Shown: piece by piece, positions 1 to 11,234 of the stretch
Layout: each line of letters begins with the position of its first letter
How positions within the stretch are numbered: the first letter of the stretch is position 1
Source of the DNA: Carpediemonas membranifera BICM
Lineage: Eukaryota > Protista > Fornicata
Length of the DNA: 64,000 bases
NCBI GenBank assembly: GCA_019828565.1
Contig: JAHDYR010000036.1
Coordinates: 77,820-141,819, forward strand
Reading direction: 5' to 3'
Program-made: the position numbers and the translations under genes
Notes under the pieces: generated by a model
The model's database searches: none
What the model was told of the DNA's origin: nothing
The model's input: only the letters and a program-made list of their open reading frames with translations

Positions 1-362
1 ACGATAACATAGCCCGTAGTGATAAGCGTGGGCGACCCATACTCCTTGGGGGTGAAGTGGGTCATGTCTATGCTGCCCTCACCGACTGCGCGGCGGTTTA
101 TGGCACTGTCGTCAAGAGAAGGGAAGGGGGCGATGGAGGGAAAGTCTGCCACGTGCACGGAACCGCGAAGGCACTGAACATCAATGCGAGCTACACTCTT
201 GGAATCCGCCTGGACGGAGAAAACGTAGTAGTTGCTTGGCTTGACGGTGATTTCTTCCCATCCTTTGCCAATGATACCAGTGAGCGGGTAGTAGTCTGTG
301 ATCCACGTCGAAGCGACGCATGCTGCTAGTAAGAATAGCACTGCGAGAAGCCTGGTCGTCAT
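1..362 (-). CDS. Partial secreted/membrane hypothetical protein (N-terminus; runs off window start)
   Basis: Not in the ORF track. Manual translation from ATG at 362 gives MTTRLLAVLFLLAACVASTWITDYYPLTG..., stop-free to base 1, with a signal-peptide-like start. Confidence 0.7.
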   Translation of the reverse strand, partial: MTTRLLAVLFLLAACVASTWITDYYPLTGIIGKGWEEITVKPSNYYVFSVQADSKSVARIDVQCLRGSVHVADFPSIAPFPSLDDSAINRRAVGEGSIDMTHFTPKEYGSPTLITTGYVI

Positions 363-701
363 GGTTCACTTTAGAGGGTGAAGGCGTTGTCGTCTCGACT
401 TGCTCTCCGATGTTGACCCACAACGACACCATGTGGGTTGGCTTTGGTGGGTCTTTAGAGGGCATTGGGCAGTGCCGTGAGCTAGCTGCCCCCCTTGAAA
501 TCATCAAGGTCGTGTCTGCTGCGATGATACGGATTGGGGGGCTAGATGGTGCTCATGGCGTGATTGTGAGACAAGAGCTATAAATAGGTAGCTGGCATGC
601 TCTGGGATGGCTGGAATGCGTCTTTTCCGCCATTTACTTGTGCTTCACGTAATTGATATTTAGACACGTTGGCTTGCCGCGCAAAGAACCGAGAAATCTC
701 G

Positions 702-3700
702 ATGGACAAAGCGCCATCGGATTGTTTGTGAAGTGAGTTGGAATTAACACAGATCTTCAAGGCGTTCGAGCAGAACTAACGGCCCTTCGAGATGACCATA
801 GTTCATATCTCTCTCTCTTTGGTCAGTTTGATGAGGAACGCCCTCTGATGGTTTCAAGAGTGCCTGTACCTGTGAAGAGAGAAGAGATTTCCAAGATCCC
901 CGAAGGAGAACTCTTCTCACTGCCGCTTTCAGGCGTATTTACGTCCGAGCAGAAGGCTGGATTCACGAAACACATCCGCGAGGACCTCCGCAAGATCCCG
1001 TGCGCACCACCGCCCATTATACTGTCCCAGGACCCGCACTCGTTCCTCCTACGCGAGCTAGAGTGGATGGCGACTGATTTCATCGAGGAGCGTCGCCTCA
1101 AGGCCGCAATCCGCCGTAAGCTCGCCGTAGACGCCGCTAGAGAGCTGAAGAGCAGACAGAAGGCTGTGGAGCAGCTGCGCGAGAAGCACTGTCGTGAGCA
1201 GAAGGCGCTGATCCGAGCATGGTGGAAGTCCGTCCATAAGGCTGTCGACAGGCGCGGCGGCCTCGTCCGCGAACTCACCCAGCGCCAGGAGGAGGAGCGG
1301 CAGGCCAAGGAGAACATGCGGAAGATTCTCGAGCGTACCAAGATCCTGACGAAGATGCTGCATGGAACCCTGGAGCAAGAGCCAGTGCGGGTCGAGTCCC
1401 TCTCTGCCAGCGACGACGAGGAGGCCCCGCAGCTGCCTGTACCCCGCCCTGCAAGTCCAGTGCATGCTGTTGACACGGTTGCCCGACCTTGGCTGCTGGA
1501 GTCCAAGCTCGAGCTGAGGGATTACCAAATGGTCGGGCTGACCTGGATGAGCCGAATGTTCACCCACAGACTCAACGGCATCCTCGCAGACGAGATGGGG
1601 CTTGGCAAGACCATCCAGACGATCTCACTGCTCGCCCACCTCGCCACGGAACACAGTATCTGGGGTCCTCATCTCATCGTCGTGCCCACGTCTGTCCTGC
1701 TCAACTGGGAGATGGAGCTACACCGCTGGTGCCCTAAACTGCGGGCTGTGGCGTACTACGGATCTAAGGAGCATCGTAAGAACATGCGATCCGGCTGGGA
1801 CGAACAGGTTGCGGAGAACTCGTTCAACGTGCTTCTGACGTCGTACGAGATTGCCGTGGCCGACGAGTATGCTCTCAAACGGAAGAACTGGGTGTATCTG
1901 ATCCTAGACGAGGCCCACCGCATCAGGAACGCACAGAGCAGGACGTGGAGTACCCTGCTGGGGTTCAAGACCAAGCGGAGACTGCTACTAACGGGCACAC
2001 CGCTGCAGAACGACATCAGGGAGTTGTGGGCGCTGCTTCATTTCCTGATGCCCAAGTTCTTCGAGTCTAGATCCGAGTTCATGACGTTGTTCGGCCGTGA
2101 TGTTTCCGCCATGGCAGAGGGCGACAGACGGGTCAACGAGGAGCTCATCACGCAGGTCCACGATATGCTTGGACCGTTCATCCTTCGCCGTCTGAAGCAC
2201 GACGTCGAGACCCAACTGCCCAAGAAGCGAGAGTACATCGTCTGGTCAAAGCTGGCCAGGCGGCAGGAGATGTTGTACGAGGAGTTCGTCCAGGCCGACT
2301 CAACCCGCCACGCCATGGCCAGCGGAGAGTACCTCGCTGTGGCGTCCATTCTCATGCAGCTGAGGAAGGTGTGCAACCACCCAGACCTCTTCATGCCCCG
2401 CATCGTCTGCTCGCCCTACTACCAGCCCAACGACACGCTCACCCAGGTGCTGTCGGGCAGGCTCCTCCGCTGGTTGGGCGACGAGGGACTCTTCACCCAC
2501 CCCACGACCCTGCCACTCCTCTCAGGGCCCAGATACTCCGTCGGACGGACTAACAAGGGCCCTATGCTGGTCGATGTGACGCTCCCTTCTGCCCACGAGG
2601 CGTACTACCTTGGAAAATACGGCATGCAACCCAGGGACTTCGTGAACATGAGGTGGGCCCCGCCCCGATGCCCTACTACTGTTGACGATGGAGAATCGCT
2701 GCAGACGATGCTGCTGGATTACATCCCCGGCCTCACTGGAAACGGCGTCATAGGGTCCCAGGCGTGGGCTCGATACAAGGCATTCTTCGAGAGTAAGAAG
2801 GGTGCGCTGACACGTCATGCCGTCCTAAACCACGTAAGAACTGCCCTCACCGCCTTCTGCGGCAGCCTGCATGCCCCCGTCACCGACGAGGCCTTCCGTC
2901 TCTTCTTCGACCCGACCATCTGCCTCGGATCAGTCACAACCTCCCCCACAACCTCCCTCAAACCCCAGGGCGACCCTGCCACCCTGGTCCGGTGGCTGCA
3001 CGAAGAGGGCCTGACCCCGGCCAGCACGTGTGCGTACGTTCCTAAGGCGAGCAGCGCAGGCCCTATGGCGCAGGTCTTCAACCCTCATCGTCTACCCAGC
3101 AACATCGAGGTGAGGGACTACAACACACTGACCAGGCGGGTGGTGTCTGCCGGGCAGCTGACCCGTGGTCTGTCGGACGTCTCCTGGGACTATACTGTGC
3201 GGCTTAAGGTGCGGTTCCCCGACCGCGAGCTGGTCCAGTCTGACTGCGGGAAGTTACAGACACTTAGCACGCTCCTCAAGCGACTCAAGGAGAACGGGCA
3301 TCGGGTCATCATTTTCACTCAGATGACCAAGATGCTAGACGTCCTCGAGCCCTTCCTGTCGCTTCACTCGTACCCCTACCTCCGTCTCGACGGTGGCATG
3401 AATCCCAAAGACCGTCTACAGACTGTGGAGCTATTCAACAGCAACCCCAAGTACTTCGTCTTCATCAGCACAACTCGGGCCGGTGGTGTGGGCATCAACC
3501 TGACTGGCGCAGACACTGTGGTCTTCTACGACTCTGACTGGAACCCGCAGATGGACGCACAGGCACAGGACAGGGCCCATAGGATCGGGCAGACCAAGAA
3601 GGTTAGTATTTACCGGTTAGTGTCACAGGCGACGGTCGAGGAGAACATCCTCACTCGGGCGTCGCAGAAGAGAGTGCTCAAGGAGCTCGTGGTCGACAGC

Positions 3701-5716
3701 GGCAGGAAGACCAGTCTGGAGGGCCTCAGGGGCCGCGGACTCCCCAAGTTTGCCCGACTGGAGATCGATAAGAACCACCAGCGGCGTGAGCTCGAGGGAA
3801 CCGGACTGGTGCTGGATAAGGTGCTGCCCTCGGAGATGGAGGCACCGATAGATGAGGAGGGTGATGACGTCCTGCTCCAGGCCGAGGACGTCGAGGACAG
3901 GCTAGCTACGGAGCAGGTCCTAATGGACGACAACGCTGAGATCGTGGTGGAAGGCGACGACCAGCCAGTCGAGACGACGATGATCACGGAGATCAGGGGG
4001 AAGCTGGACGCATTCACCCGGGACCTCGGGATGATGAACAGCCTCAGCAGTGCCGCCTGGAAGAGAGCGGAGACTATGCACGAGATGAACGCCGTCCCAA
4101 TGGCTGCGATAGCCCAGGACAAGCCCCAGGACGACCTCGACCAGTGGACAAGGGAACAAGCGGAGAAGGTGCAGGAGATGACAGCGTTGGAGTCGTTCGA
4201 CGCCGATGACGTTCTGTTCTACACGCTACCTGCGACGACGGACCTCAACGACCGCATTAGGGCCGCCGTCAAGGAGATCCGGGCCTCCATGCACTTCTTC
4301 GTGGACCCTAAACCCCTACCGACAAAGTCCAAGACGCCCGGTGGGAGGGGTGGCCGCAAGCCAGCACCAGCGGATAAGAGACCGCATCTAGACGATGATA
4401 CGAAGGCAACGCGGCCAATTCGGCGCCCGAAGCCAGTACCGAAGCCCGAGAAGCCAAGCAACAAGCAGCCCAAGCGGCCTATTCTTGACCAAGTCATCGC
4501 ACCAGAACCACAAGCCGCCGGCCAGCCCCACGGCGTCACGTTCTCGATTCGGGCCGACATGTCAAGTGGAGAGGTTTTCAACATCGTGCTCCCATCGAGC
4601 CACGGCGAGATGAACATCGACCCGCCGGTCCACATGGTGGTCAGGGTTGGTGCACGGGCTGTCAGACTCAGGATGGGGGATCTTATGGGCCGACTGCAGC
4701 ACGACGCGTACGCCACCAGGGGCGGGGACCAGACGCTTCCGTTCAAACTGTCGGACAAGCGCACCCATCATGCGACGTACACGCCCAGCTCTGCCCATTT
4801 CACTGAACTCGAGGCCTTGTTCCTTCTTAGGGCAGTGGCTGTATTGTCCAGCGAGGGTGTTGTCGGACCATCATGGGGAACACAGAGCATGGCGAGTTTG
4901 ATCCACAGCCTGACGTCCGTATGCACCCTGCACAACAGAACACACCCGGCACTGGCAGTGCGTGGAGCGTATGCTTTCCTGACGCATAGTGATCAGCCAG
5001 AGGTAGATAAGTCGAGGAGCCCGTTGGAACCTTTAAGTCGAAAGCTCGGCAAGCTGCGGCAGATGGTAGCGGACATCGAGGATCGGATTTTCAGCCATCT
5101 CCTCATCAACATGCTGATGCCAGTGAGCTTGGTGGTGGAAGAGAAGACGAGGGCCATTACTGGCCAGCGTAGAGCAGAGGTAGTGAACCACATCATGCAC
5201 CTCGATAGGGTACACATGCAACGGGTGATTCAAGACCAGGTGACGCCCGCTGCCCCGGTCGATCAGACAGCAACCCGGCATCTCGAGATGATGCACACCC
5301 GGGTTACCAAGAACGTCAGCCTTGTCAATGAGATCGACGCCCAGCTCGGCACGATGGTCGACACCGAGCTCAGGCCCCGCCTGTCGATGAGGCCCCCAGA
5401 CCGGAGTGGTCGACTCCCGTCCAACGGCATGGACGGCGTGCTCGCGGATATCCAGGAGCTCTCCAGGAGTCCACCGGCTGAGACAGTTGAATCAGTACTC
5501 GGCCTCGGCGTCCCTGGCGCCATTGAGAGTCTAAGACAAGACCAGCTGCTGCAGCTGAGCCAGCGTTACATGAGTATCACTGCGCCGCCTGCCGCCGTCC
5601 TCCCAACGCTTGTTACAACTCACACAAGGTCCGAGAAAGAAGGTGACTGCCATCGGCCTTATGCATCAGATCGCACTGGCGTTAACACCGCCATACAGAC
5701 GCCGTGGGCCATTTGA
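702..5716 (+). CDS. SWR1: SWR1/Domino-family SNF2 chromatin remodeler; join(702..723,753..5716)
   Basis: HSA-like LRELEWMATDFIEERR, ILADEMGLGKT, DEAH box, long split-ATPase insertion, FYDSDWNPQMDAQAQDRAHRIGQ. Removing a 29-nt GTTTGT...TTAACACAG intron (724-752) joins ATG702 in frame. Confidence 0.93.
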
Positions 5717-5786
5717 ACATAGGAAATTCGTTGTATCGATAAAGGATGATTTTACTATGATGTGAATGGATGGTATCGTCGCAGCT

Positions 5787-6347
5787 TCATCTCAGAACAA
5801 TGTTGATAATGTTGGTGATCTCGCCATCCAGGCTTGGACCCTGACGGCGGGGCTCTGGACGTCTCTGCGGCCTCGGTCTCTCCATGAACGACGGAGGTGC
5901 ATATGACGGCGGTGCATACGATGGTTCGGGTTGCCTGGGTGGCTCAGTGCGCTCGGGTTCTGGCAAGTCTGCTCGGACGGGGATACGGAGGGTGGCGATG
6001 AGTTTGTCCAGCACCGTGTTCGTGGCATAGTCAAAGGGCAGCCCCGAGGCGCGGTGAATTGTCTCCAGGGAGGCAGGGGGCACTGCGGCCTCTTCCTGAA
6101 GCATCTGGGCGGATGTTGTGAAGCCAGACGCATTCATGAACTGGATGCAGATCTGTGCAAGAAGCTTTCCTTCGGCCGTGGCTATTGGATCGCCACAGGC
6201 ATTCATTCTCTTGAAGGACGCAGCCCTTGTCGTTGCTTTCAGCTTATTAAGGTCTCCAGTCCGCGACAAAGCGGCTTCTAACGCCAATAGCTCTTCGTTC
6301 TTTCTGTTTGTCCCCCTATGTTGCTCATGAGCGGGGTCATTCACCAT
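5787..6347 (-). CDS. FOP/FGFR1OP-like LisH-domain centrosomal/basal-body protein
   Basis: ALSRTGDLNKLKATTRAASF followed by LisH-like LLAQICIQFMNASGFTTSAQMLQEEA. Start placed at the ATG of MVNDPAHE. Confidence 0.6.
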   Translation of the reverse strand: MVNDPAHEQHRGTNRKNEELLALEAALSRTGDLNKLKATTRAASFKRMNACGDPIATAEGKLLAQICIQFMNASGFTTSAQMLQEEAAVPPASLETIHRASGLPFDYATNTVLDKLIATLRIPVRADLPEPERTEPPRQPEPSYAPPSYAPPSFMERPRPQRRPEPRRQGPSLDGEITNIINIVLR

Positions 6348-6611
6348 ATTTGCCGTTTCTTTCAGCGCGAAATACCCCAAAATTTCTTCAGCGCCCAGAC
6401 CACACTGAGGGCACCCCGTGTGGAAAGGGCAGGGTGTGGTTAGCGTAGCTATACTCGCACTAATTTTATTCATTATCTTCTGCCCGGCTGATCACAATGA
6501 CGAGAGACGACAGAGTGAAACCATCCACCCAGACGCACTGCAGAGATGAGTGTTGCTTGCCTGCTAACGGCAACGCTATCCTTTGTGAGTCCGAGCAGGA
6601 TTGCCACATCG

Positions 6612-7946
6612 ATGACGACACCACTCACCATCGCGATATGCTCAGACGCGTTTTACCCATCGATTGGAGGCGTAGAGCACCACATATTATCCATCGCCAC
6701 CGAGCTAGTTCGTCGTGGTAACCGGGTTATCGTCTTAACAATGCAGTATCCCGGCTACAGCGGCATCCGCTACCTGGATGTCTCTGACCCAGCAGATTCA
6801 TCTATTAAGAAGCTGATCAAAGTGTTCTATCTGCCCATCAAGACCTATTCCCTTGGGATGGAGGGCTTGAAGCTTTCCATCACCAGCGGCTTCGGCAGTC
6901 TTGCCCTCTACCGCAACATCTTCCTGCGGGAAGGGGTCGAAATCATCCACGGTCACCAGGCTAACAGCTTTGTAGCCCTGGAGGCAGTGTGGATTGGCAA
7001 CGCCATGGGATTACGGACGATCTTCACAGACCACAGCCTCATACGGATGGGATCACCCCTGACAGTCCTGACCAACAAGATCCTGTCGTACGCTCTAGCA
7101 AGTACGGACAGGCTTATCGCTGTGTCGGCTGAGAGTGGAGAGAACACCTCTCTCCGGTCGGGCCGCAGTCGACTCCCCGGGTCAGTTCACATCATACCGA
7201 ACGCTGTAGATAGTAGATTCATGCCAGACCGCAGTAAGGTGTCTGATCCGGCTGATGTCATCCGAATTGTGACTGTATCGCGTCTGTCGTTTAGAAAGGG
7301 TGCTGATCTTTTGATTAGGGCCATCAGGGCCATCCTATCTGATTCTACGATGCCCAACGTGCACTTCGACGTTGTCGGGCCAGGTAGCGAGGCCTACATT
7401 TCTCAGCTCACGGCACTGGGCCCATGCGTCACCTATCACGGAGGTTTGCCCCACGACCAGGTTGTCAACGTCCTGCAGTCGGGTCATATCTCACTCACCA
7501 CAAGCCTCACCGAGGCCTTCTGCATCGCAGTGCTGGAGGGGGCGGCCTGTGGTCTTGAGGTGGTCTCCACAGCGGTCGGCGGGGTCGTCAACGTACTGCC
7601 GCCCGACTACATAACTCTGTGCCGGCTGGAGAAGGAGCTGTCCGGCGTAGAGCTGGTGGGGGGGCTGAAGCAGACCATAGCCAGGGTCCACAGCTTGGGG
7701 GGTCCTGGTAATGCTGGGAAACGCGACAGACGGGCGGCCGAGCTCCATGAGTTCGTCAGGGGGAACTACTCATGGCCGCGGGTAGCAGAAGAGACCGAGA
7801 CCGTCTACCGTTTGGCCATGGATCAGCCAAGGATAGGCCAGTGGACGAGATACATGACCGTCGGCGGTCTGGTGGCAGCCATAGTGTTCTTTATGTGCAC
7901 CATGGGAATAAGTCACGTGTTCAGCGTCATGGACTCCTTATGGTGA
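6612..7946 (+). CDS. PIGA: GPI-GlcNAc transferase catalytic subunit (PIG-A/GPI3)
   Basis: SDAFYPSIGGVEHH, IIHGH, IFTDHSL, SRLSFRKG, SLTEAFCIAVLEGAACGL and a C-terminal TM segment. Confidence 0.95.
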   Translation: MTTPLTIAICSDAFYPSIGGVEHHILSIATELVRRGNRVIVLTMQYPGYSGIRYLDVSDPADSSIKKLIKVFYLPIKTYSLGMEGLKLSITSGFGSLALYRNIFLREGVEIIHGHQANSFVALEAVWIGNAMGLRTIFTDHSLIRMGSPLTVLTNKILSYALASTDRLIAVSAESGENTSLRSGRSRLPGSVHIIPNAVDSRFMPDRSKVSDPADVIRIVTVSRLSFRKGADLLIRAIRAILSDSTMPNVHFDVVGPGSEAYISQLTALGPCVTYHGGLPHDQVVNVLQSGHISLTTSLTEAFCIAVLEGAACGLEVVSTAVGGVVNVLPPDYITLCRLEKELSGVELVGGLKQTIARVHSLGGPGNAGKRDRRAAELHEFVRGNYSWPRVAEETETVYRLAMDQPRIGQWTRYMTVGGLVAAIVFFMCTMGISHVFSVMDSLW

Positions 7947-7993
7947 GTCGGCTGGGTCGATGCATTGCAAGGAGAAATTTACTACTCATAAAC

Positions 7994-9493
7994 TTATGCC
8001 CGAGGATTGAACAAAGCTGACAGCTGGTTGTTGAGCATGGGGAGAGGTCTGTCTGGATGGGGCTGGGCCTCGTACTGCATGAACTCGAGTTCAGTCGAGC
8101 GGCCAGTGTAGAAACCGACAGCGCCCTTGTTCGTGTTGAAGTCGCAGTAGCGGGCGGCACTGAAGACGGTGGCGACCTTGGGGCCCTTGGGGAATTCGAC
8201 CTTGTAGCCGTCGTCGACAACCTGGTGGGCTCGGACGACCTGAGTGAGGTTGTTCAAGGTCATAAACTCGTCAGCAACATCAGGGCCGAACTGGAAGCTG
8301 GTGCCTCTAGGACTGGGGGTGCGGCCCGGTGCGAGCGTCGGGTCTGACCAGAGGAGGTCGGTAAAGATGCCAGAAGAGGGGGGTTGCTGGTTGCGGTGGA
8401 GAAGGTTGATCTCGGGGAGGCGCGTCTTCGGGTCCGGGAGGCCGCCGTGAACAAACATCGTGCGATCGACACCTTCGATGTCGGCTACAGCAGCGAGGGG
8501 CAGCCGGTTGAAGATATCATCCAGGGCCTCGCTGAGCTTGGCAGTGTATCGCTGGACGATCTCAGCGTTGAGGCCGAACATGCTGTTCATGTCCTTCGTC
8601 TCGTGGTTGCCTCTCAGCATCGTGACCGAATTAGGGCACATGACCTTGAGCGCAACGATGAGGACGAAGCAGGGAACGCCCCAGGCACCACGGTCGACGT
8701 AGTCGCCCATGAATACCATGCGGTGGGTGTCGCTGGGCATTCCGACGGTCTCGATGAGGTGAACGAGGTCGAAGAACTGGCCGTGCACGTCCCCGAAGAC
8801 GGTAAGAACGCGGTTATCACCCGCAGCCTGGAGCTCGGCCTTGCTGATAGAGAACTCGACGAGGTTGGGCTCTGCGTTGAGGATCTCGAAGCCGCGCTTG
8901 AGGATCTGCAGTATATTGCGGTGAGGGATCTCCTTGTCCTGCTTGCAGAAGGCGATCAGACGGCGGATGTACTCTGGCGTGATGGGATCTGTCGGGGTAA
9001 GCTCAAGCTCCGGGACCTCTACGGGGCCGGCGCCAGAAATGGAGAGATCGTAAAGCGCGAAGAATGACTTCGGTTGGATGCGGATAGCAGCCTCGAACAG
9101 CCGCTTCTTGTGCTCCTTCAGAGCTTGGTCGTACAGCTTGCGGGCCTTAGCGTCGTTCGGCTTGATAGCTACGAGGCTCTTGAAGTCCGAGGCGGCCTCC
9201 TTGAAGTGGAACAGGGAGGTGTGAGCGAGGGCACGGCGGTAAAACGCCTTGTATGACTGAGGGTTCAGATCCAGGGCCCTCGTGCAGTCTTGGAGGACAG
9301 TTCCATAGAGCTCAAGCTTCATAGCGGCAGCAGCACGGTTCGTCAGTAGGGCTTCCATGAATTCGGAGCTATCCGAGGCTTCCAGAGCCTGAGAGTAGTT
9401 GTAGATCGCCTCCTGGAACTTCTGCTGCTTAAAGTTGTCGTTGCCGAGTTGTTTCAAGCCTGCAACGAGCTGGTCGACAGATTTTGCCGTCAT
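7994..9493 (-). CDS. PPP5C: Ser/Thr protein phosphatase 5 (TPR + PPP domain)
   Basis: Three N-terminal TPRs; GDVHGQ, GDYVDRG, LRGNHE, DLLWSDP and TVFSAARYC motifs. Confidence 0.95.
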   Translation of the reverse strand: MTAKSVDQLVAGLKQLGNDNFKQQKFQEAIYNYSQALEASDSSEFMEALLTNRAAAAMKLELYGTVLQDCTRALDLNPQSYKAFYRRALAHTSLFHFKEAASDFKSLVAIKPNDAKARKLYDQALKEHKKRLFEAAIRIQPKSFFALYDLSISGAGPVEVPELELTPTDPITPEYIRRLIAFCKQDKEIPHRNILQILKRGFEILNAEPNLVEFSISKAELQAAGDNRVLTVFGDVHGQFFDLVHLIETVGMPSDTHRMVFMGDYVDRGAWGVPCFVLIVALKVMCPNSVTMLRGNHETKDMNSMFGLNAEIVQRYTAKLSEALDDIFNRLPLAAVADIEGVDRTMFVHGGLPDPKTRLPEINLLHRNQQPPSSGIFTDLLWSDPTLAPGRTPSPRGTSFQFGPDVADEFMTLNNLTQVVRAHQVVDDGYKVEFPKGPKVATVFSAARYCDFNTNKGAVGFYTGRSTELEFMQYEAQPHPDRPLPMLNNQLSALFNPRA

Positions 9494-9783
9494 CACACCC
9501 TGGATGGCGCAGGTTTATTCATCTTTGCAGGTACCGTCCTGGAAACGATCTGGGCACAGTATGAGGGCATGAAGACCTATAGGGCGGGGTCAGGTTCAGA
9601 CTGGGTAACCTAATCACTCTCAAGTGTTCAAATCAGGGCAATCATAGAACTGACTGTCAATGGTCTCGGCTACAGGATGCATCTCGATGACGCCCGCTTT
9701 CTCATTTCCAGCCGATTTACGTGATTTGATTTATGTTGCATAGCACGGAGTCACGAAGAGTCAAGCGAAGAAACTTGCTCAAA

Positions 9784-11136
9784 ATGGCTCGTTTGGCAGC
9801 GATTCTTCTTGCTTTGGTCGTTGTTTGCACCGCCTTCCCCAATCCTTTCGCCCTTGGCGAAAGCTGGCCGAAGAAGGTCCCCGAATTCGCGTTCAAGGGC
9901 TATAACCTTGGGACAACCAAGAACCCTTACAAGGACGTTCTTACTACCAACGGCTTCGAGTCTGCCATGAAGGAGGCTCTGAAGCACGCTAAGAAGGACC
10001 TCGATACCGCCGATCAGACCAAGATCCTCTCGAACATCAACGCCTTCTTCTCGACCAATGCTCGCGCCCACATCGCCGACATGGCTGCTGTTATTCCTTC
10101 CATCTCTGTCAACGACCTCTACATCCTCAACGTCTGGTACGACATGACCTATGGTGATGCTTCTACCACCATCATCGTCCGTTCTTCCGAAGAGTCTGTT
10201 TCTGGCCGCCCCATCATCGGCTTCTCCTTCAACGCCGACAAGATCTCCGCCACCGACGACCGCATGGATCGCAGCTACGACCTCCTCCAGCGCCTGTCCC
10301 TTGTCCTCAACTACGAGGACAACACGGGTTCCATGGTTCAGCGTATCGCCACCCTCGCCGGTTCCGCCGGTATGCTTATGGGCCTCTCCAACCTCGGCAG
10401 CGAGGGCTATGCCATGACCGTCTCGCCCAACTACGACAGCAAGAAGAATCCTCAGATCAAGACGATGATCGACAGCTGGACTTCTGAGTACTCACTGCCC
10501 ATGCTCTATGCCAGAGAGATGCTCATGAACACACCCAAGTACACTGCTGTCGACCAGGTCGTGAAGGGTGAGGTTCGCACGAAGATCCCACTTTTCCTGA
10601 CTGTCGCCGGCGCTGGCGCATATTCTGCCGATGTCTACATCACCGACGGCGAGGCTGTGAACGACCACATCCCCTTCACCTACCAGCACCACGTGATCAT
10701 CGTAGATTCCTCTAAGAAGGAGACAGGCATCCTCTCGAAGTACGACGCTGTCAAGACCGCCATCAGCGGGGCCCCCGTCTCTGCTGACTCGATGATGAAG
10801 ACTGTTATGACCACGTACCCCGCCCGCACAGAGAAGACCGTCTTCATCGCCACCTCTGACGTCTCGTCGTCCAAATTCCAGGCGACCAAGCAAAAGTGCG
10901 AGTACATCAAGGCCTTCAATGACCACGCCAGCCTCATCGTCGACGGCTGCAACAACCCTCCCGCCCCCGTCAACCTCGCCATCCCCGCCCTCTCTGTCGT
11001 CATCTTCCTTGGTGTCATCACGATGGCAGTTTATGGTTTCTTCGAGAGACGTCGCCAGATGAAGCTCATCAAGACCGCCACGAAGGCCGCCTCCGAGTCC
11101 CAGGCGGTCTATGAGCCCATTGCTGATGAGGAATAA
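9784..11136 (+). CDS. Acid ceramidase/NAAA-like Ntn-hydrolase homolog, type I membrane protein with altered catalytic site
   Basis: Signal peptide; LYILNVWYDMTYGDASTTIIVR aligns by eye with NxxYE...CTSIV; TLAGSAGMLMG resembles FAGYVGxLTG; C-terminal TM and YEPI tail. Confidence 0.6.
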   Translation: MARLAAILLALVVVCTAFPNPFALGESWPKKVPEFAFKGYNLGTTKNPYKDVLTTNGFESAMKEALKHAKKDLDTADQTKILSNINAFFSTNARAHIADMAAVIPSISVNDLYILNVWYDMTYGDASTTIIVRSSEESVSGRPIIGFSFNADKISATDDRMDRSYDLLQRLSLVLNYEDNTGSMVQRIATLAGSAGMLMGLSNLGSEGYAMTVSPNYDSKKNPQIKTMIDSWTSEYSLPMLYAREMLMNTPKYTAVDQVVKGEVRTKIPLFLTVAGAGAYSADVYITDGEAVNDHIPFTYQHHVIIVDSSKKETGILSKYDAVKTAISGAPVSADSMMKTVMTTYPARTEKTVFIATSDVSSSKFQATKQKCEYIKAFNDHASLIVDGCNNPPAPVNLAIPALSVVIFLGVITMAVYGFFERRRQMKLIKTATKAASESQAVYEPIADEE

Positions 11137-11234
11137 GATTTGTTTGGTAAAATTCGAATAATATGACTGTTTCAGCTCGCTTAGTTTACTCAAGTCGAAG
11201 AGAAGCAAGGGGTTCGTAAACAGAGGCCTGGCCC

